A DNA stretch of 64,000 bases from an uncultured Bacteroidota bacterium (GCA_900545215.1 UQXW01000001.1:61794-125793), one strand, 5' to 3'. Positions 28,205 through 39,341 are shown, counted from the stretch's first letter. Numbers and translations: made by a program. The notes: generated by a model from the letters alone, not told the origin.

Positions 28205-30514
28205 ATGAACACTCTTCCCACCATCATAAGCGATTTGGCTTTGATATTGGTTCTCGGCTCGGCATTCGGGCTTTTGTGCAAGTTTTTGAAGCAGCCCGTT
28301 GTGCTGGGCTATATCGTCGCAGGCTTTTTGGCAGGACCTCATTTTGCATTTACGCCGACCGTTCAGCCGGAAAATATATCCACATGGGCAGACATAGGCG
28401 TCATCTTCCTTTTATTCGGAATGGGCTTGGAGTTCAGTTTCAAGAAAATGATTTCTGTCGGCAATGTCGGGGGAAAGGCTATGTTGTTCGAGGCAGTCTG
28501 TTTGTCGATTTTCGGTTTCTTCATAGGCAGGCTTATGGGCTGGAACGTCTTCGACAGTGTTCTTCTCGGCGGAATGCTTTGCATGAGTTCCACAGCCATT
28601 ATCGTCAAAGCCTTTAACGACATGGGCTTGCAGAAAGAGCATTTCGCAGGCATCGTTTTCGGCATATTGGTTTTTGAAGACCTGTTTGCCATTCTGCTCA
28701 TGGTGCTTTTATCCGGCTTTGCAGTCAGCCGCAGCTTTGAAGGCAGCGAGTTGGTATTCATGATTGCCCGTCTCGGTTTCTTCCTCGTCGTATGGTTCGT
28801 TGCAGGTATATATTTGATACCGACTTTGCTCAAAAAGATAAAGAAACACCTCAACTCCGAAATACTGCTTCTCGTTTCCATGGGACTTTGTTTCCTTATG
28901 GTGGTTTTGGCAACCCGTGCAGGCTTTTCTTCCGCCTTGGGAGCGTTCATAATGGGGTCGATACTTGCAGAAACCATGGAATTGGAAAACATAGAAAAGG
29001 TAATCTCGCCCATAAAGGACTTTTTTGGAGCGATATTCTTCGTATCCGTCGGAATGATGGTCGATCCTGCCATCTTGGTCGATAATTTCGGAACGGTGCT
29101 TGTCATAGCCGCTGCCTCTATAAGCGGTAAGATGATATTCACCACCATGGGTGTCAGGTTCGCCGGTCAAAGCATGCGAACCGCCGTTCAATCCGGTTTC
29201 TCACTTGCCCAAATGGGAGAGTTCTCCTTCATCATCGCTTCCGTCGGAATGACCCTCGGATTAACCTCACCGAGCATTTATCCGATTGTCATAGCGGTTT
29301 CGGTCATCACCACCTTTACCACGCCGTACACCATCAAACTTGCCTTACCTTTTTACCACGTTCTCGAATCCGTTCTGCCGGACTCGCTGACCAACCGTTT
29401 GAATAAAACCGAGGATAAAAAAGCCGGAGAGAAAGAATCCGAGTGGAAACAGTTGCTTGTGTCCTTTTTCGGAAATCTCTTGGTCTTTTCAGTCATCTGC
29501 CTTGCCATATATTTTCTTTCTGCCGCTTTTCTCAAACCTCTTTCCCTGCGTTTCGACAATCCGACATTCGGACTTGTCCTTTTCTCATGTCTCAGTATAG
29601 CAGTGATGTCCCCTTTTATAATAGGTATAATAAAGAACCGCGGCAAACAATCCTTTCTTGTACTTTCCCTTTGGGCAACCAACCATAACAATCGCTACTT
29701 TCTGACAGCCATGATAGCGATAAGGTACATGCTTGCACTCATCTTTCTATTCCTTATAATAAAACTCTACTGGAACATACCCGCTTTTGTCATTGCAATC
29801 CTCGCTTTGGTTGTTTTCGGCTTCATTTTCCAAAACAAAAGCCTCCAAAAACACTACTGGAAATTGGAAACACGTTTCGTGAAGAACTTCAACCAGCGAC
29901 AAATCGAGAGTCGCCAACAGAGCGGCGGCACTTCCGATGAACACTTGCAGGAATTGGATAATCTTCATTGGATTGACAAACATCTTTACGTAACAAGTTA
30001 TCTCGTGCAGAGCGGAGGCGTCGTGGCGAACAAGCCACTCAAAGAATTGAACTTGCGAAAGGTTTACGACATAATAGTGATTGCGGTCATGCGAGACGGC
30101 AAACGAACCGATTTTCCCGATGGAAACTTCAAACCGGAGGTAAACGACATGCTTATTGCCGTAGGACAAATACAAAATCTCAAAGATGCACAAATAGCAT
30201 ATAAAGGAATAGACCTCGATTACGACAAAGTGATGAACCTGCATGAGTTTTCCATTTCGCAGCAAAAGGATAAGAACAGCACAATCAAGTGCAGAACTTT
30301 CGTGATAGAGGAAAACTCTCCATGGATAGGCCACAGCCTGAACGAAGCACGCTTGAATAACAAAACCAACTGCATTGTTGTCGGAATGGAACGAGACGAC
30401 ATGCCGACAGCCAACCCTTCCTCCGATGTGAAATTCAAGAAAGACGATATGGTGTGGGTGTTGGGAGACGATAAATCGCTAAACGAACTGCTCAAAACAG
30501 ACTTTTTCGCATAA
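28205..30514 (+). CDS. CPA2-family cation:proton antiporter (Kef-like) with C-terminal tandem TrkA-C/RCK_C domains
   Basis: An N-terminal ~13-TM Na+/H+ exchanger domain (GYIVAGFLAGPH…) and two C-terminal RCK_C-like soluble domains. Confidence 0.85.
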   Translation: MNTLPTIISDLALILVLGSAFGLLCKFLKQPVVLGYIVAGFLAGPHFAFTPTVQPENISTWADIGVIFLLFGMGLEFSFKKMISVGNVGGKAMLFEAVCLSIFGFFIGRLMGWNVFDSVLLGGMLCMSSTAIIVKAFNDMGLQKEHFAGIVFGILVFEDLFAILLMVLLSGFAVSRSFEGSELVFMIARLGFFLVVWFVAGIYLIPTLLKKIKKHLNSEILLLVSMGLCFLMVVLATRAGFSSALGAFIMGSILAETMELENIEKVISPIKDFFGAIFFVSVGMMVDPAILVDNFGTVLVIAAASISGKMIFTTMGVRFAGQSMRTAVQSGFSLAQMGEFSFIIASVGMTLGLTSPSIYPIVIAVSVITTFTTPYTIKLALPFYHVLESVLPDSLTNRLNKTEDKKAGEKESEWKQLLVSFFGNLLVFSVICLAIYFLSAAFLKPLSLRFDNPTFGLVLFSCLSIAVMSPFIIGIIKNRGKQSFLVLSLWATNHNNRYFLTAMIAIRYMLALIFLFLIIKLYWNIPAFVIAILALVVFGFIFQNKSLQKHYWKLETRFVKNFNQRQIESRQQSGGTSDEHLQELDNLHWIDKHLYVTSYLVQSGGVVANKPLKELNLRKVYDIIVIAVMRDGKRTDFPDGNFKPEVNDMLIAVGQIQNLKDAQIAYKGIDLDYDKVMNLHEFSISQQKDKNSTIKCRTFVIEENSPWIGHSLNEARLNNKTNCIVVGMERDDMPTANPSSDVKFKKDDMVWVLGDDKSLNELLKTDFFA

Positions 30515-30515
30515 G

Positions 30516-31892
30516 ATGGCAGAAAACGACAAAACCGTTGAAGCAGTATTCCAAGCCCAAAGGCAATCCGTGCGACAGGAGCTTTCTTTACCGTATTCCA
30601 TACGGCGTGAGAATCTCGTCAAACTGCGACGACTGATAAAGCAAAGGGAGCGGGATATAAACCAAGCACTATTCGATGACCTGCATAAAAGCCCTGCGGA
30701 GTGTTATCTGACAGAAACAGGCATTGTTCTTTCGGAAATAAGTTTCGCATTGAAACATCTGCGGAAGTGGACACGCAAGAAGAGAGTGCCTACACCTCTC
30801 TGTCTTATGCCTTCCGCCTCTTACATACTGCCGCAGGCATTGGGAACGATACTTATAATCTCTCCATGGAATTATCCCTTTCAGTTGGCACTCTCGCCCT
30901 TGGTGGGAGCGGTTGCCGCAGGCAACAGAGTACTCCTGAATCCCTCTCCGCAAAGTCCTCATACCACCTCGCTTTTGCAAAGCCTGATAAACGACAACTT
31001 CCCCGAAGATGAGATGTATTGTTTCGGCGGAGATATTTCTATAACGGAAACTTTGCTGGATTTGAAGCCCGATTATCTCTTTTTCACCGGCTCTCCGGCC
31101 ACGGCGCGCAGGATAATGTCGCAGGCATCGTCCGAACTGATACCTGCAACTCTCGAACTCGGAGGCAAATCTCCCGTCATAGTGGATAAGGACGCCGATT
31201 GCGAGACTGCCGCCAAGCGTATAGCCTTCGGAAAGTTCATGAACTGCGGGCAAACCTGTGTGGCACCGGATTATCTCTTCATACACCGTTCGTTGAAAGA
31301 GACTTTCGTTGAACATTTCCGCCGGTTTGTCGAAACGGAATACGGAAAGAACCCTGTCTTATCGCCATTCTACGGCAAAATGATAAACGAATATCATTTC
31401 CGGAGAGTAGAAAAACTTTTGGAGGGTCAAAACATAATCTTCGGAGGTGAGATGAAAGCGGATGAAAACTACATTGCTCCGACTCTTGTGGAGTTACACA
31501 GCCTCGACAACAGCCTTATGCAGGAAGAAATCTTCGCTCCCGTTCTGCCGATGATTGTTTTCGACGACATAAGCGAGACTGTCGATTACATCCTTTTGCA
31601 GGAGAGGCCGCTTGCTCTCTATTACTTCGGAACGGAAAACCGCAACATCATTGACAGGCTACCATTCGGCGGAGGTTGTATCAACGATACTCTCATGCAC
31701 ATAGTCTCTCCGTATATGCCTTTCGGAGGCGTGGGGAACAGCGGCATGGGAGCATATCACGGAAAGGCTTCTTTCGATACCTTCACACATTATAAGTCCG
31801 TTCTTCAATCGCCTCGCCGTTTCGATTTTGCCTTCAAATACCCGCCTTATACCGATACCGTTCTCCGTATCTTCAAACGCCTGCTTCGATAA
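30516..31892 (+). CDS. aldehyde dehydrogenase family protein (ALDH3-like)
   Basis: ELGGKSP catalytic Glu motif and FMNCGQTCVAPDY catalytic Cys motif. Confidence 0.9.
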   Translation: MAENDKTVEAVFQAQRQSVRQELSLPYSIRRENLVKLRRLIKQRERDINQALFDDLHKSPAECYLTETGIVLSEISFALKHLRKWTRKKRVPTPLCLMPSASYILPQALGTILIISPWNYPFQLALSPLVGAVAAGNRVLLNPSPQSPHTTSLLQSLINDNFPEDEMYCFGGDISITETLLDLKPDYLFFTGSPATARRIMSQASSELIPATLELGGKSPVIVDKDADCETAAKRIAFGKFMNCGQTCVAPDYLFIHRSLKETFVEHFRRFVETEYGKNPVLSPFYGKMINEYHFRRVEKLLEGQNIIFGGEMKADENYIAPTLVELHSLDNSLMQEEIFAPVLPMIVFDDISETVDYILLQERPLALYYFGTENRNIIDRLPFGGGCINDTLMHIVSPYMPFGGVGNSGMGAYHGKASFDTFTHYKSVLQSPRRFDFAFKYPPYTDTVLRIFKRLLR

Positions 31893-32245
31893 AGCATTTT
31901 AAATTGCAACGTTTCTTATTACACAGAGCAGCCTCTGATGTCGGAGATGCCAAAAGAAAAAGGGGTCGCAAACCCAAGGAATTCGACCCCGAAAAGTACC
32001 GCAACATAAAGCAGTACGAACAATACAATATGCAGTAAATCTCTTTTCATTAACTCTTTCTTTTGTTTCGTTTTCCGTTTTGCAAAGTTCGGTTAAAACA
32101 AAGGTCTGCACAATACCCGAAAATGGGTATTTTACGGAATGCGTTCGACAATCCTCTTTTATATATGTATCGATACACGGTATGAAATAAAACTTGCGGG
32201 GAAACGTTCCATACAATGCCAAGAGCGTGAAAAAGAGAGAAACAG

Positions 32246-33472
32246 ATGGAAGAGCAGTTGCAGACCAAGAAACGGGTGATGGTGCTGACGCAACCCTTGT
32301 GGAACAATTACGGTTGCCTTTTGCAGGCGTATGCTTTGCAGAAAGTGATTGAGCGTTCGGGCTTTGAGGTGTGTACAGACCGTCATGAGAGGCATTTCGC
32401 TTCGTTTGCCGAGAATGCAAAGGACGATTTGAAACGCTTTGCGGCTCGTTTTGTTTTGCAAAGAAAGAGCGTGAAGGTATTCCCATATCGTTTCGATGCG
32501 GAGACTTGGCGGAAGGTGTCGGCGAATACGCAGAAGTTCGTCGATGAAAGGCTGTCAACCGTTGATTTTTTCGATGAAAAAGGAAAACCGAAAGAGGACA
32601 CGGGCAGGTGGGATTGCTTTGTGTTTGGTTCCGACCAGATTTGGCGGGATTCTTATGGCAGAGTGGAGACTTATTTCGGCGATTTCTTGGAGGGAAAAGG
32701 GGTGAAGAAGATTGCGTACGCTGCTTCTTTCGGTTTGGAAAGCTGGCAATTCACGCCCGAAAGGACGAAACGTTTGTTCGATTTGGCTCGTTCCTTCTCC
32801 GGAATAGGGGTTCGTGAGGAGGATATGGCGGATTTGATGCACAAGAACTTCTCTTCCGTTGCGGGCAAAGAGGCAGATAAGTTGGAAATCACTCATGTGG
32901 CAGACCCTACTTTGCTTTTGACAGCCGAGGATTACCGTTTGTTGGCAGAGGATTGGAGGAAAGAGTGCGATCAGGCAGCGGAAACGCTTTTTCAAAAGAA
33001 AGGAAAGGGTATTTTGGCTGTGTATGTGCTGGATTGGACGAATGAAAAGAGGCGTATGATGGAAAGGATTTGCGGTTACATGAACCTGCAAGCCGTATTT
33101 CTCAATCCCGAAAGGCGTTTGGGCGTGGAAACAAGGCATTTCGAGGGAGAAAAATCTGTGTTCCGAAGCGTGGAAAGTTGGCTTTCGTTAATGCAAAGTG
33201 CTGATTTCGTCCTGACTGACTCCTATCACGGAACGATATTTTCCCTTCTTTTCGATAGGAAGTTCGCTTTGGTAATGAACAACGGGCGGGGAATTTCCCG
33301 TTTTCGCACGTTGGACGAATTGTTCGACCTGTCTCCTTATACCGTTTCGCAGGAAGAGGATTTGGAAAAGGTATTTTCATTCACAGGAAGAGACGAAGCG
33401 GCTTTTCAAAACTCACTTGCAAGGATACGCAACCGTTCTTTCGACTTTTTGAAACAACATCTCGGCAAATGA
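32246..33472 (+). CDS. polysaccharide pyruvyl transferase family protein
   Basis: The N-terminal NYGCLLQAYALQ motif and the C-terminal DSYHGTIFSL motif are typical of the WcaK/CsaB-type pyruvyl transferase family. Confidence 0.75.
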   Translation: MEEQLQTKKRVMVLTQPLWNNYGCLLQAYALQKVIERSGFEVCTDRHERHFASFAENAKDDLKRFAARFVLQRKSVKVFPYRFDAETWRKVSANTQKFVDERLSTVDFFDEKGKPKEDTGRWDCFVFGSDQIWRDSYGRVETYFGDFLEGKGVKKIAYAASFGLESWQFTPERTKRLFDLARSFSGIGVREEDMADLMHKNFSSVAGKEADKLEITHVADPTLLLTAEDYRLLAEDWRKECDQAAETLFQKKGKGILAVYVLDWTNEKRRMMERICGYMNLQAVFLNPERRLGVETRHFEGEKSVFRSVESWLSLMQSADFVLTDSYHGTIFSLLFDRKFALVMNNGRGISRFRTLDELFDLSPYTVSQEEDLEKVFSFTGRDEAAFQNSLARIRNRSFDFLKQHLGK

Positions 33473-34452
33473 AAAAGAGTATGGATAAGACTGAAACCAT
33501 GGATATATCCGTTGTCATACCGTTGTATAACAAGGAAAGCAGCATTCGGACGGCTGTGGAGTGTGCTTTGAGGCAGACTTGTTCCGTCAGGGAGGTGATA
33601 ATAATCGATGACGGTTCGACGGACGAGAGTGCAAAGGTGGTGAAAGGGCTTATCAAAGAATGCTTTTGGCGTGGCGACGGAAGAATAAGGCTGGTTTCGC
33701 AGGCAAATTCGGGCGTTTCTGCAGCCAGAAACACCGGAATACGGGAGGCAAAGGGAGAATGGATAGCATTCTTGGACGCAGATGATATTTGGAAAAGCAA
33801 TCATATCGAACAAATCACCCGTTTGCATGAGGCTTTTCCGCAGGCTGCGGTTCTCTCTACGAACTATGAAATCGTTACTTCGGCGGAAGTGCAAAATCCG
33901 AACACCGTTTCGGAAAAACGGAACGGCGATTCGATTTTTTCTTTCGACGATTTATTTTCCTCAAACGCCGTTGCGTCGCAAGAGGGTTGCGAGGGCTTCA
34001 TCGTGAATGACTTTTACGGCAGATTGTTGTTCGGAAAGCATGTCGTCTGGTCATCGACCGCCGTGGTGAAAAGGTCGGCTCTCTCGGAGATAGGGGGCTT
34101 CGATACACGCATGACCAAGGGAGAGGATTTGGATTGTTGGGAACGATTGTACGAAAAGGAAATCTTTGCCCAAAGCAATGCCATGACTGCATTCTATATA
34201 TCCGATCCGCTTGATGGAAATGCCACAAGGAAAGCCGGCAATGTGCAGACATACGCCGTATATCTCAATAAGGCGGCTTTCAGATGGCGAAGTGATAAGG
34301 ATTTGTATCGTTTCAAAGTGGTATATGGCTATTTGAAAATGTTCATTTTGCAGCACCAATTCCGCAACTTGGCATTATTGCTCTTGAAACACAACGTTCT
34401 GTTTTTGAAAATCCCGATGTACATATTCAAAAAGCGGAAAAGAGGTTTTTGA
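33469..34452 (+). CDS. family-2 glycosyltransferase
   Basis: ISVVIPLYNKESSI…IIIDDGSTDES…AFLDADD (DxD) GT-A signature. Overlaps the upstream gene by 4 nt. Confidence 0.85.
   Translation: MKKSMDKTETMDISVVIPLYNKESSIRTAVECALRQTCSVREVIIIDDGSTDESAKVVKGLIKECFWRGDGRIRLVSQANSGVSAARNTGIREAKGEWIAFLDADDIWKSNHIEQITRLHEAFPQAAVLSTNYEIVTSAEVQNPNTVSEKRNGDSIFSFDDLFSSNAVASQEGCEGFIVNDFYGRLLFGKHVVWSSTAVVKRSALSEIGGFDTRMTKGEDLDCWERLYEKEIFAQSNAMTAFYISDPLDGNATRKAGNVQTYAVYLNKAAFRWRSDKDLYRFKVVYGYLKMFILQHQFRNLALLLLKHNVLFLKIPMYIFKKRKRGF
33902..33972. repeat. short dispersed repeat (AAACGCCGTTTC-module family), copy 4, lying in frame inside the GT2 CDS
   Basis: acaccgtttcggaaaaacggaacggcgattcgattttttctttcgacgatttattttcctcaaacgccgttgc. 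It encodes …SEKRNGDSIFSFDDLFSSNAVAS…. Confidence 0.5.
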
Positions 34453-34532
34453 TACGACCTTTGCAGACCGTGAATTTTATTCTTTGCAAATCAAAACGAT
34501 AAGAAAGCAAAAGTAAAATAGGCACTTGAAAG

Positions 34533-34564
34533 TTTGTTCATATCGGAAAAGTGTGTTACCTTTG
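34533..34564 (+). promoter_or_regulatory. Bacteroidota sigma-A-type promoter (TTTG-N20-TAccTTTG)
   Basis: TTTG at 34533-34536 and TACCTTTG at 34557-34564, ~55 nt upstream of the dehydrogenase start. Confidence 0.5.
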
Positions 34565-34619
34565 CACAATGTAAAAACTCCGTCGGTGTTGTATATTTTA
34601 CAATGTAACTGACGGGGCT

Positions 34620-35933
34620 TTGCCGTACCCGAAAGAGTGTAAGAAGGTAATGAAAGAGATGGAAAATCACAAGATTGCGGTGATAGGATTGGGATATGTG
34701 GGCTTGCCGTTGGCGAGATTGTTCTCCACGAAATATGAAACAATCGGCTATGATTTGAACAAGGACAGAGTTGCAGCCTTGATGAAAGGACATGATGCCA
34801 CTTTGGAGGTGAGCGACGAACTCTTGCAGGAAGCGATAAGCAGATACGGATTCAGGTGTACGGCGGAATTGAACGAGATAAAGGACTGCAATATTTATAT
34901 AGTGGCGGTTCCGACGCCTGTCGATTGCAACAATCGTCCGGATTTGCGACCCTTGATAGGTGCAAGCAAGACAGTCGGCAAGGTAATCTCGAAAGGCGAC
35001 ATCGTTATTTACGAATCGACGGTCTATCCCGGCGTGACGGAGGAGGAATGCGTCCCTGTCGTGGAGCGTGTAAGCGGCATGAGGCTCAACAAGGACTTCT
35101 TTGCAGGTTATTCGCCAGAAAGAATAAATCCGGGAGACAAGGAACACACGGTGGAGAAGATAAAGAAAGTAACATCCGGCTCGACGCCAGAAGTGGCAGA
35201 GGCGGTGGATAAACTCTACGGCTCCGTTCTTATCAATGGAACGCATAAGGCTCCATCGATTAAGGTGGCGGAAGCCTCGAAGATAATAGAAAATTCACAG
35301 AGAGACGTCAACATAGCATTCATGAACGAGTTGGCTAAAATATTCAATGCTATGGGAATAGATACTCACGATGTCATTGAAGCCGCTGCGTCGAAATGGA
35401 ATTTCATCAAGTTATCCCCCGGATTGGTTGGAGGACACTGCATAAGCGTTGACCCTTATTACCTTATTCAAAAAGCACAGGTCTATGGCGTATTACCGAG
35501 AGTGATGTTCGCAGCAAGGCGGTTGAACGACGGAATGGGCAATTACGTGGCGGAGCAGACCATAAAGTGCATGAACAAGAAAGGCATACTCGTGAAGAAT
35601 GCCGAAATACTCATCTTGGGAGTTACATTCAAGGAGAATTGTCCCGATATAAGGAACACCAAAGTGGTGGATATTTACCACACATTGGCGGAATACACCG
35701 GTAACATAACCATATACGACCCGTACGCCGACGAAAAGGAAGTGATGAAAGAGTATGCGATACATTCGACACGCGATAAAGCCGTGCTGAACAAGCAATA
35801 CGATGCAATCATACTCGCCGTTTCGCATGCCGAATTCCTGAAACTCGACATCGAAAAGATGTTGAAAACCAACGGCGTGGTCTATGACGTCAAAAGTATC
35901 CTCCCAAGAGAAATCATCGACGGCAGGTTATAG
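34620..35933 (+). CDS. nucleotide-sugar dehydrogenase, UDP-N-acetyl-D-hexosamine 6-dehydrogenase type (TviB/WbpA/WecC family)
   Basis: Rossmann KIAVIGLGYVGLPLA and catalytic-Cys region GGHCISVDPYYL; ~430 aa. The start may be the internal MKEMENH. Confidence 0.85.
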   Translation: MPYPKECKKVMKEMENHKIAVIGLGYVGLPLARLFSTKYETIGYDLNKDRVAALMKGHDATLEVSDELLQEAISRYGFRCTAELNEIKDCNIYIVAVPTPVDCNNRPDLRPLIGASKTVGKVISKGDIVIYESTVYPGVTEEECVPVVERVSGMRLNKDFFAGYSPERINPGDKEHTVEKIKKVTSGSTPEVAEAVDKLYGSVLINGTHKAPSIKVAEASKIIENSQRDVNIAFMNELAKIFNAMGIDTHDVIEAAASKWNFIKLSPGLVGGHCISVDPYYLIQKAQVYGVLPRVMFAARRLNDGMGNYVAEQTIKCMNKKGILVKNAEILILGVTFKENCPDIRNTKVVDIYHTLAEYTGNITIYDPYADEKEVMKEYAIHSTRDKAVLNKQYDAIILAVSHAEFLKLDIEKMLKTNGVVYDVKSILPREIIDGRL

Positions 35934-35992
35934 AGTTGGAAGCAGTGAGGTTATTTGTTGGGATACGAACACCAATAGATTAAACAAGCATA

Positions 35993-37303
35993 ATGAATAT
36001 TGCAATCGTCGGTACAGGTTATGTAGGCTTGGTTTCGGGGGCTTGTTTCGCCGAAATGGGTATAAATGTTACGTGTATAGACACGAATAAGAGCAAAATA
36101 GATTCTTTACGCGATGGTGTCGTGCCTATTTATGAGCCGGGCTTGGAAGAGATAGTTCGCAAGAATAGTAAAGCAGGACGCTTGCATTTTACGACACGCC
36201 TTGAAAGCGTGTTGGATACAACGGAGGTAATATTCAGTGCTGTCGGTACGCCTTCCGATGAAGACGGCAGTGCGGATTTGAGCTATGTGCTTGAAGTCGC
36301 AAGGACAGTAGGTAAGAATATGAACCGCTATCTTGTGTTTGTTACTAAAAGTACGGTGCCTGTCGGAACTTCAAAGAAGATAAAATCAGCAATAGAAGAG
36401 GAGTTGAGCAGAAGAGGATTGGACATAGAGTTTGATGTGGCAAGCAATCCTGAGTTTCTGAAAGAAGGTGCGGCGATAGAAGACTTTATGAAGCCTGAAA
36501 GGGTAGTTATAGGGGTTGAAAGTTCTCGTGCAAAGTCAATAATGACCAAACTTTATAAGCCTTTTACTCTCATTGGAGACAGACTGATATTTACAGATGT
36601 GGCTTCGGCTGAAATGATAAAGTATGCAGCCAATTCCATGCTTGCAACCCGTATAAGTTTTATGAATGATATTGCAAACTTATGTGAGTTGGTCGGTGCG
36701 GATGTCGATCAGGTCAGAAAGGGGATAGGCAGTGATAGTCGTATAGGTGCCAAGTTTCTTTATCCGGGTTGCGGATATGGCGGTTCTTGCTTCCCGAAAG
36801 ATGTCAAAGCATTGATAAAAACAGCAGAGGAGCATGATTATAATATGCAGGTCTTGAAAGCTGTTGAAGCGGTAAATGAACGACAGAAAGCAGTGCTGTT
36901 CGATAAACTGAATACTTACTTCAAAGGTGAACTTAAAGGCAAAGTGGTAAGTTTGTTGGGTTTGGCGTTCAAACCGGAAACAGATGACATGCGTGAAGCT
37001 CCATCTTTGGTTTTGATAAATAAATTATTGCAGAGCGGTTGTGAAGTTCAGGTGTATGATCCTGTTGCAATGAATGAATGCCGTCGCCGAATAGGAAACA
37101 GCGTAAGCTATCATAAGGATTTGTATCAGGCAGTAGCAAATTCAGATGCAATGTTGTTGGTAACGGAATGGAAAGAGTTTCGAGTGCCTGATTGGAATAA
37201 GATAAAGCAACTGATGAGTACACCCTTGGTTATTGACGGTAGAAATATATTTGAGGCCGAGGAGTTAAGAAATAAAGGCTTTGATTATTATAGAATAGGA
37301 TAA
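35993..37303 (+). CDS. ugd: UDP-glucose 6-dehydrogenase
   Basis: [23 protein letters not shown]… and GGSCFPKDV catalytic-Cys motif. Confidence 0.9.
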   Translation: MNIAIVGTGYVGLVSGACFAEMGINVTCIDTNKSKIDSLRDGVVPIYEPGLEEIVRKNSKAGRLHFTTRLESVLDTTEVIFSAVGTPSDEDGSADLSYVLEVARTVGKNMNRYLVFVTKSTVPVGTSKKIKSAIEEELSRRGLDIEFDVASNPEFLKEGAAIEDFMKPERVVIGVESSRAKSIMTKLYKPFTLIGDRLIFTDVASAEMIKYAANSMLATRISFMNDIANLCELVGADVDQVRKGIGSDSRIGAKFLYPGCGYGGSCFPKDVKALIKTAEEHDYNMQVLKAVEAVNERQKAVLFDKLNTYFKGELKGKVVSLLGLAFKPETDDMREAPSLVLINKLLQSGCEVQVYDPVAMNECRRRIGNSVSYHKDLYQAVANSDAMLLVTEWKEFRVPDWNKIKQLMSTPLVIDGRNIFEAEELRNKGFDYYRIG

Positions 37304-37323
37304 TAGAAAAAGATAACATTGAT

Positions 37324-38202
37324 ATGAAAGGAATAGTACTTGCAGGAGGTTCGGGAACACGTTTGTATCCTATAACGAAAGGGGTAAGCAAACAGTTGTT
37401 GCCGATTTACGATAAGCCGATGATATATTATCCGATATCGGTTCTTATGTTGGCAGGCATAAGAGACATATTGATTATTTCCACACCTCAGGATTTGCCG
37501 GGATTTCAAAGGTTACTCGGAAGCGGGGAGGATTACGGCGTAAGATTTGAATATGCCGAGCAACCATCTCCCGATGGCTTGGCTCAGGCTTTTATAATAG
37601 GTGATAGCTTTATAGGAAAAGATGCCGCTTGTTTGGTGTTGGGAGATAATATTTTCTACGGACAGGGCTTTCGTCCTATGTTGGAGCAAGCCGTAAGAGA
37701 TGCAGAGGAAAATAATAAGGCGACCGTTTTCGGTTATCATGTGGCAGATCCCGAGAGGTACGGAGTTGCCGAATTTGATAAGAGCGGTAATTGTATTTCT
37801 TTGGAAGAAAAACCTAAGAATCCGAAGAGTAATTATGCTGTTACAGGCTTGTACTTCTATCCGAATAAGGTTGTAGAAGTAGCCAAAAACATAAAGCCGT
37901 CGGCAAGAGGCGAATTGGAAATCACCACTGTCAATCAGAGATTTTTGGAAGATAAACAACTGAAAATCCAACTTCTTGGCAGGGGATTTGCTTGGTTGGA
38001 TACAGGAACGCATGACTCTTTGTCGGAAGCCTCAACCTTTGTTGAAGTGATAGAAAAAAGGCAGGGGTTAAAGGTTGCTTGTTTGGAGATGATTGCATAC
38101 AGAAGAGGTTGGATAAATAAGGAAAAGCTCAATCAGTTGGCTCAACCTATGGCAAAAAATCAGTACGGACAATATTTATTACAAGCTGTCAATCAAGAAT
38201 AA
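37324..38202 (+). CDS. rfbA: glucose-1-phosphate thymidylyltransferase
   Basis: [37 protein letters not shown]. Confidence 0.95.
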   Translation: MKGIVLAGGSGTRLYPITKGVSKQLLPIYDKPMIYYPISVLMLAGIRDILIISTPQDLPGFQRLLGSGEDYGVRFEYAEQPSPDGLAQAFIIGDSFIGKDAACLVLGDNIFYGQGFRPMLEQAVRDAEENNKATVFGYHVADPERYGVAEFDKSGNCISLEEKPKNPKSNYAVTGLYFYPNKVVEVAKNIKPSARGELEITTVNQRFLEDKQLKIQLLGRGFAWLDTGTHDSLSEASTFVEVIEKRQGLKVACLEMIAYRRGWINKEKLNQLAQPMAKNQYGQYLLQAVNQE

Positions 38203-38204
38203 TC

Positions 38205-39341
38205 ATGAAGAGAAACATAATAATAACAGGAGGAGCAGGCTTTATAGGTAGCCATGTGGTTCGTTTGTTTGTAAACAAATACCCTGACTACAATATATAT
38301 AATGTAGATAAGTTGACCTATGCCGGTAACCTTGCAAACTTGAAAGATATAGAGGATAAGCCGAACTATCATTTCGTAAAGGCGGATATTTGCGACTTTG
38401 AAACGATATACGGGCTTATGCAGGAAAAACAAATAGACGGAGTAATTCATCTTGCAGCCGAAAGCCATGTAGATAGAAGCATAAAAGACCCCTTTACTTT
38501 CGCTAAGACAAATGTGATAGGTACTTTGTCCATGCTTCAAGCAGCCAAATTGTATTGGGAGAGGACAGAGGAAGGATATAAGGGAAAGATGTTCTATCAT
38601 ATCAGCACGGATGAAGTGTATGGAGCTTTGGAAATGACAAATCCTGAGGGAATAGAACCGCCATTTACGACAAAGGCGTCTTCCAATTACCGGCATTTGG
38701 CGTACGGAGATAAATTCTTTACGGAGGATTTGAAGTATCAGCCTCATAGTCCTTACTCTGCAAGCAAGGCAAGCAGCGACCATTTTGTCAGAGCATTCCA
38801 TGATACCTACGGAATGCCTGTTATAGTAACCAATTGTTCCAATAATTACGGTCCGTACCAATTTCCGGAGAAGTTGATACCTTTGTTCATCAACAATATA
38901 AGACATAAAAAGCCTTTACCTGTCTATGGCAAGGGAGAAAACGTCAGAGATTGGCTGTATGTTGAAGATCATGCGAGAGCGATAGACCTTATATTCCATA
39001 AAGGTAAGGTGGCAGAGACGTATAATATCGGAGGTTTCAACGAATGGAAGAATATAGACATAGTGAAACTCCTGATAAAAACGATAGACAGACTGCTTGG
39101 TAGAGCTGAAAATGAAGATATAAATCTTATAACATACGTAACAGACCGTGCCGGTCATGATTTGAGATATGCGATAGACAGCACCAAACTCCAAAAGGAA
39201 CTTGGCTGGGAACCAAACCTTCAATTTGAGGAGGGAATAGAAAAGACCGTAAGGTGGTATTTGGATAATCAGGACTGGATGGACAATATCACAAGCGGAG
39301 AGTACGAGAAGTATTACGAAGAGATGTATAAAGGCAGATAG
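38205..39341 (+). CDS. rfbB: dTDP-glucose 4,6-dehydratase
   Basis: IIITGGAGFIGSH… and YSASKASSDH (YxxxK) short-chain dehydrogenase motifs. Confidence 0.95.
   Translation: MKRNIIITGGAGFIGSHVVRLFVNKYPDYNIYNVDKLTYAGNLANLKDIEDKPNYHFVKADICDFETIYGLMQEKQIDGVIHLAAESHVDRSIKDPFTFAKTNVIGTLSMLQAAKLYWERTEEGYKGKMFYHISTDEVYGALEMTNPEGIEPPFTTKASSNYRHLAYGDKFFTEDLKYQPHSPYSASKASSDHFVRAFHDTYGMPVIVTNCSNNYGPYQFPEKLIPLFINNIRHKKPLPVYGKGENVRDWLYVEDHARAIDLIFHKGKVAETYNIGGFNEWKNIDIVKLLIKTIDRLLGRAENEDINLITYVTDRAGHDLRYAIDSTKLQKELGWEPNLQFEEGIEKTVRWYLDNQDWMDNITSGEYEKYYEEMYKGR

Noticed and set aside
28363-29148. 261-aa minus-strand ORF inside the CPA2 antiporter gene
   Set aside because: Antisense shadow of a polytopic membrane protein gene.
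31955-31990. Hairpin ggggtcg…cgacccc flanked by an A-run in the 350-bp intergenic region
   Set aside because: On the minus strand it looks like a terminator, but there is no minus-strand gene for it to terminate. It could belong to an unannotated sRNA, which could not be substantiated from sequence alone.
31899-32558. 219-aa minus-strand ORF spanning the aldH–pyruvyl transferase intergenic region, and a possible ~40-aa hydrophobic micro-ORF around 31930-32050
   Set aside because: The long ORF is low-complexity (Ser/Pro-rich) and overlaps the 5' end of the pyruvyl transferase gene. The micro-ORF could not be framed unambiguously by eye, as I could not obtain a length that is a multiple of 3. 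Neither is reported as a gene.
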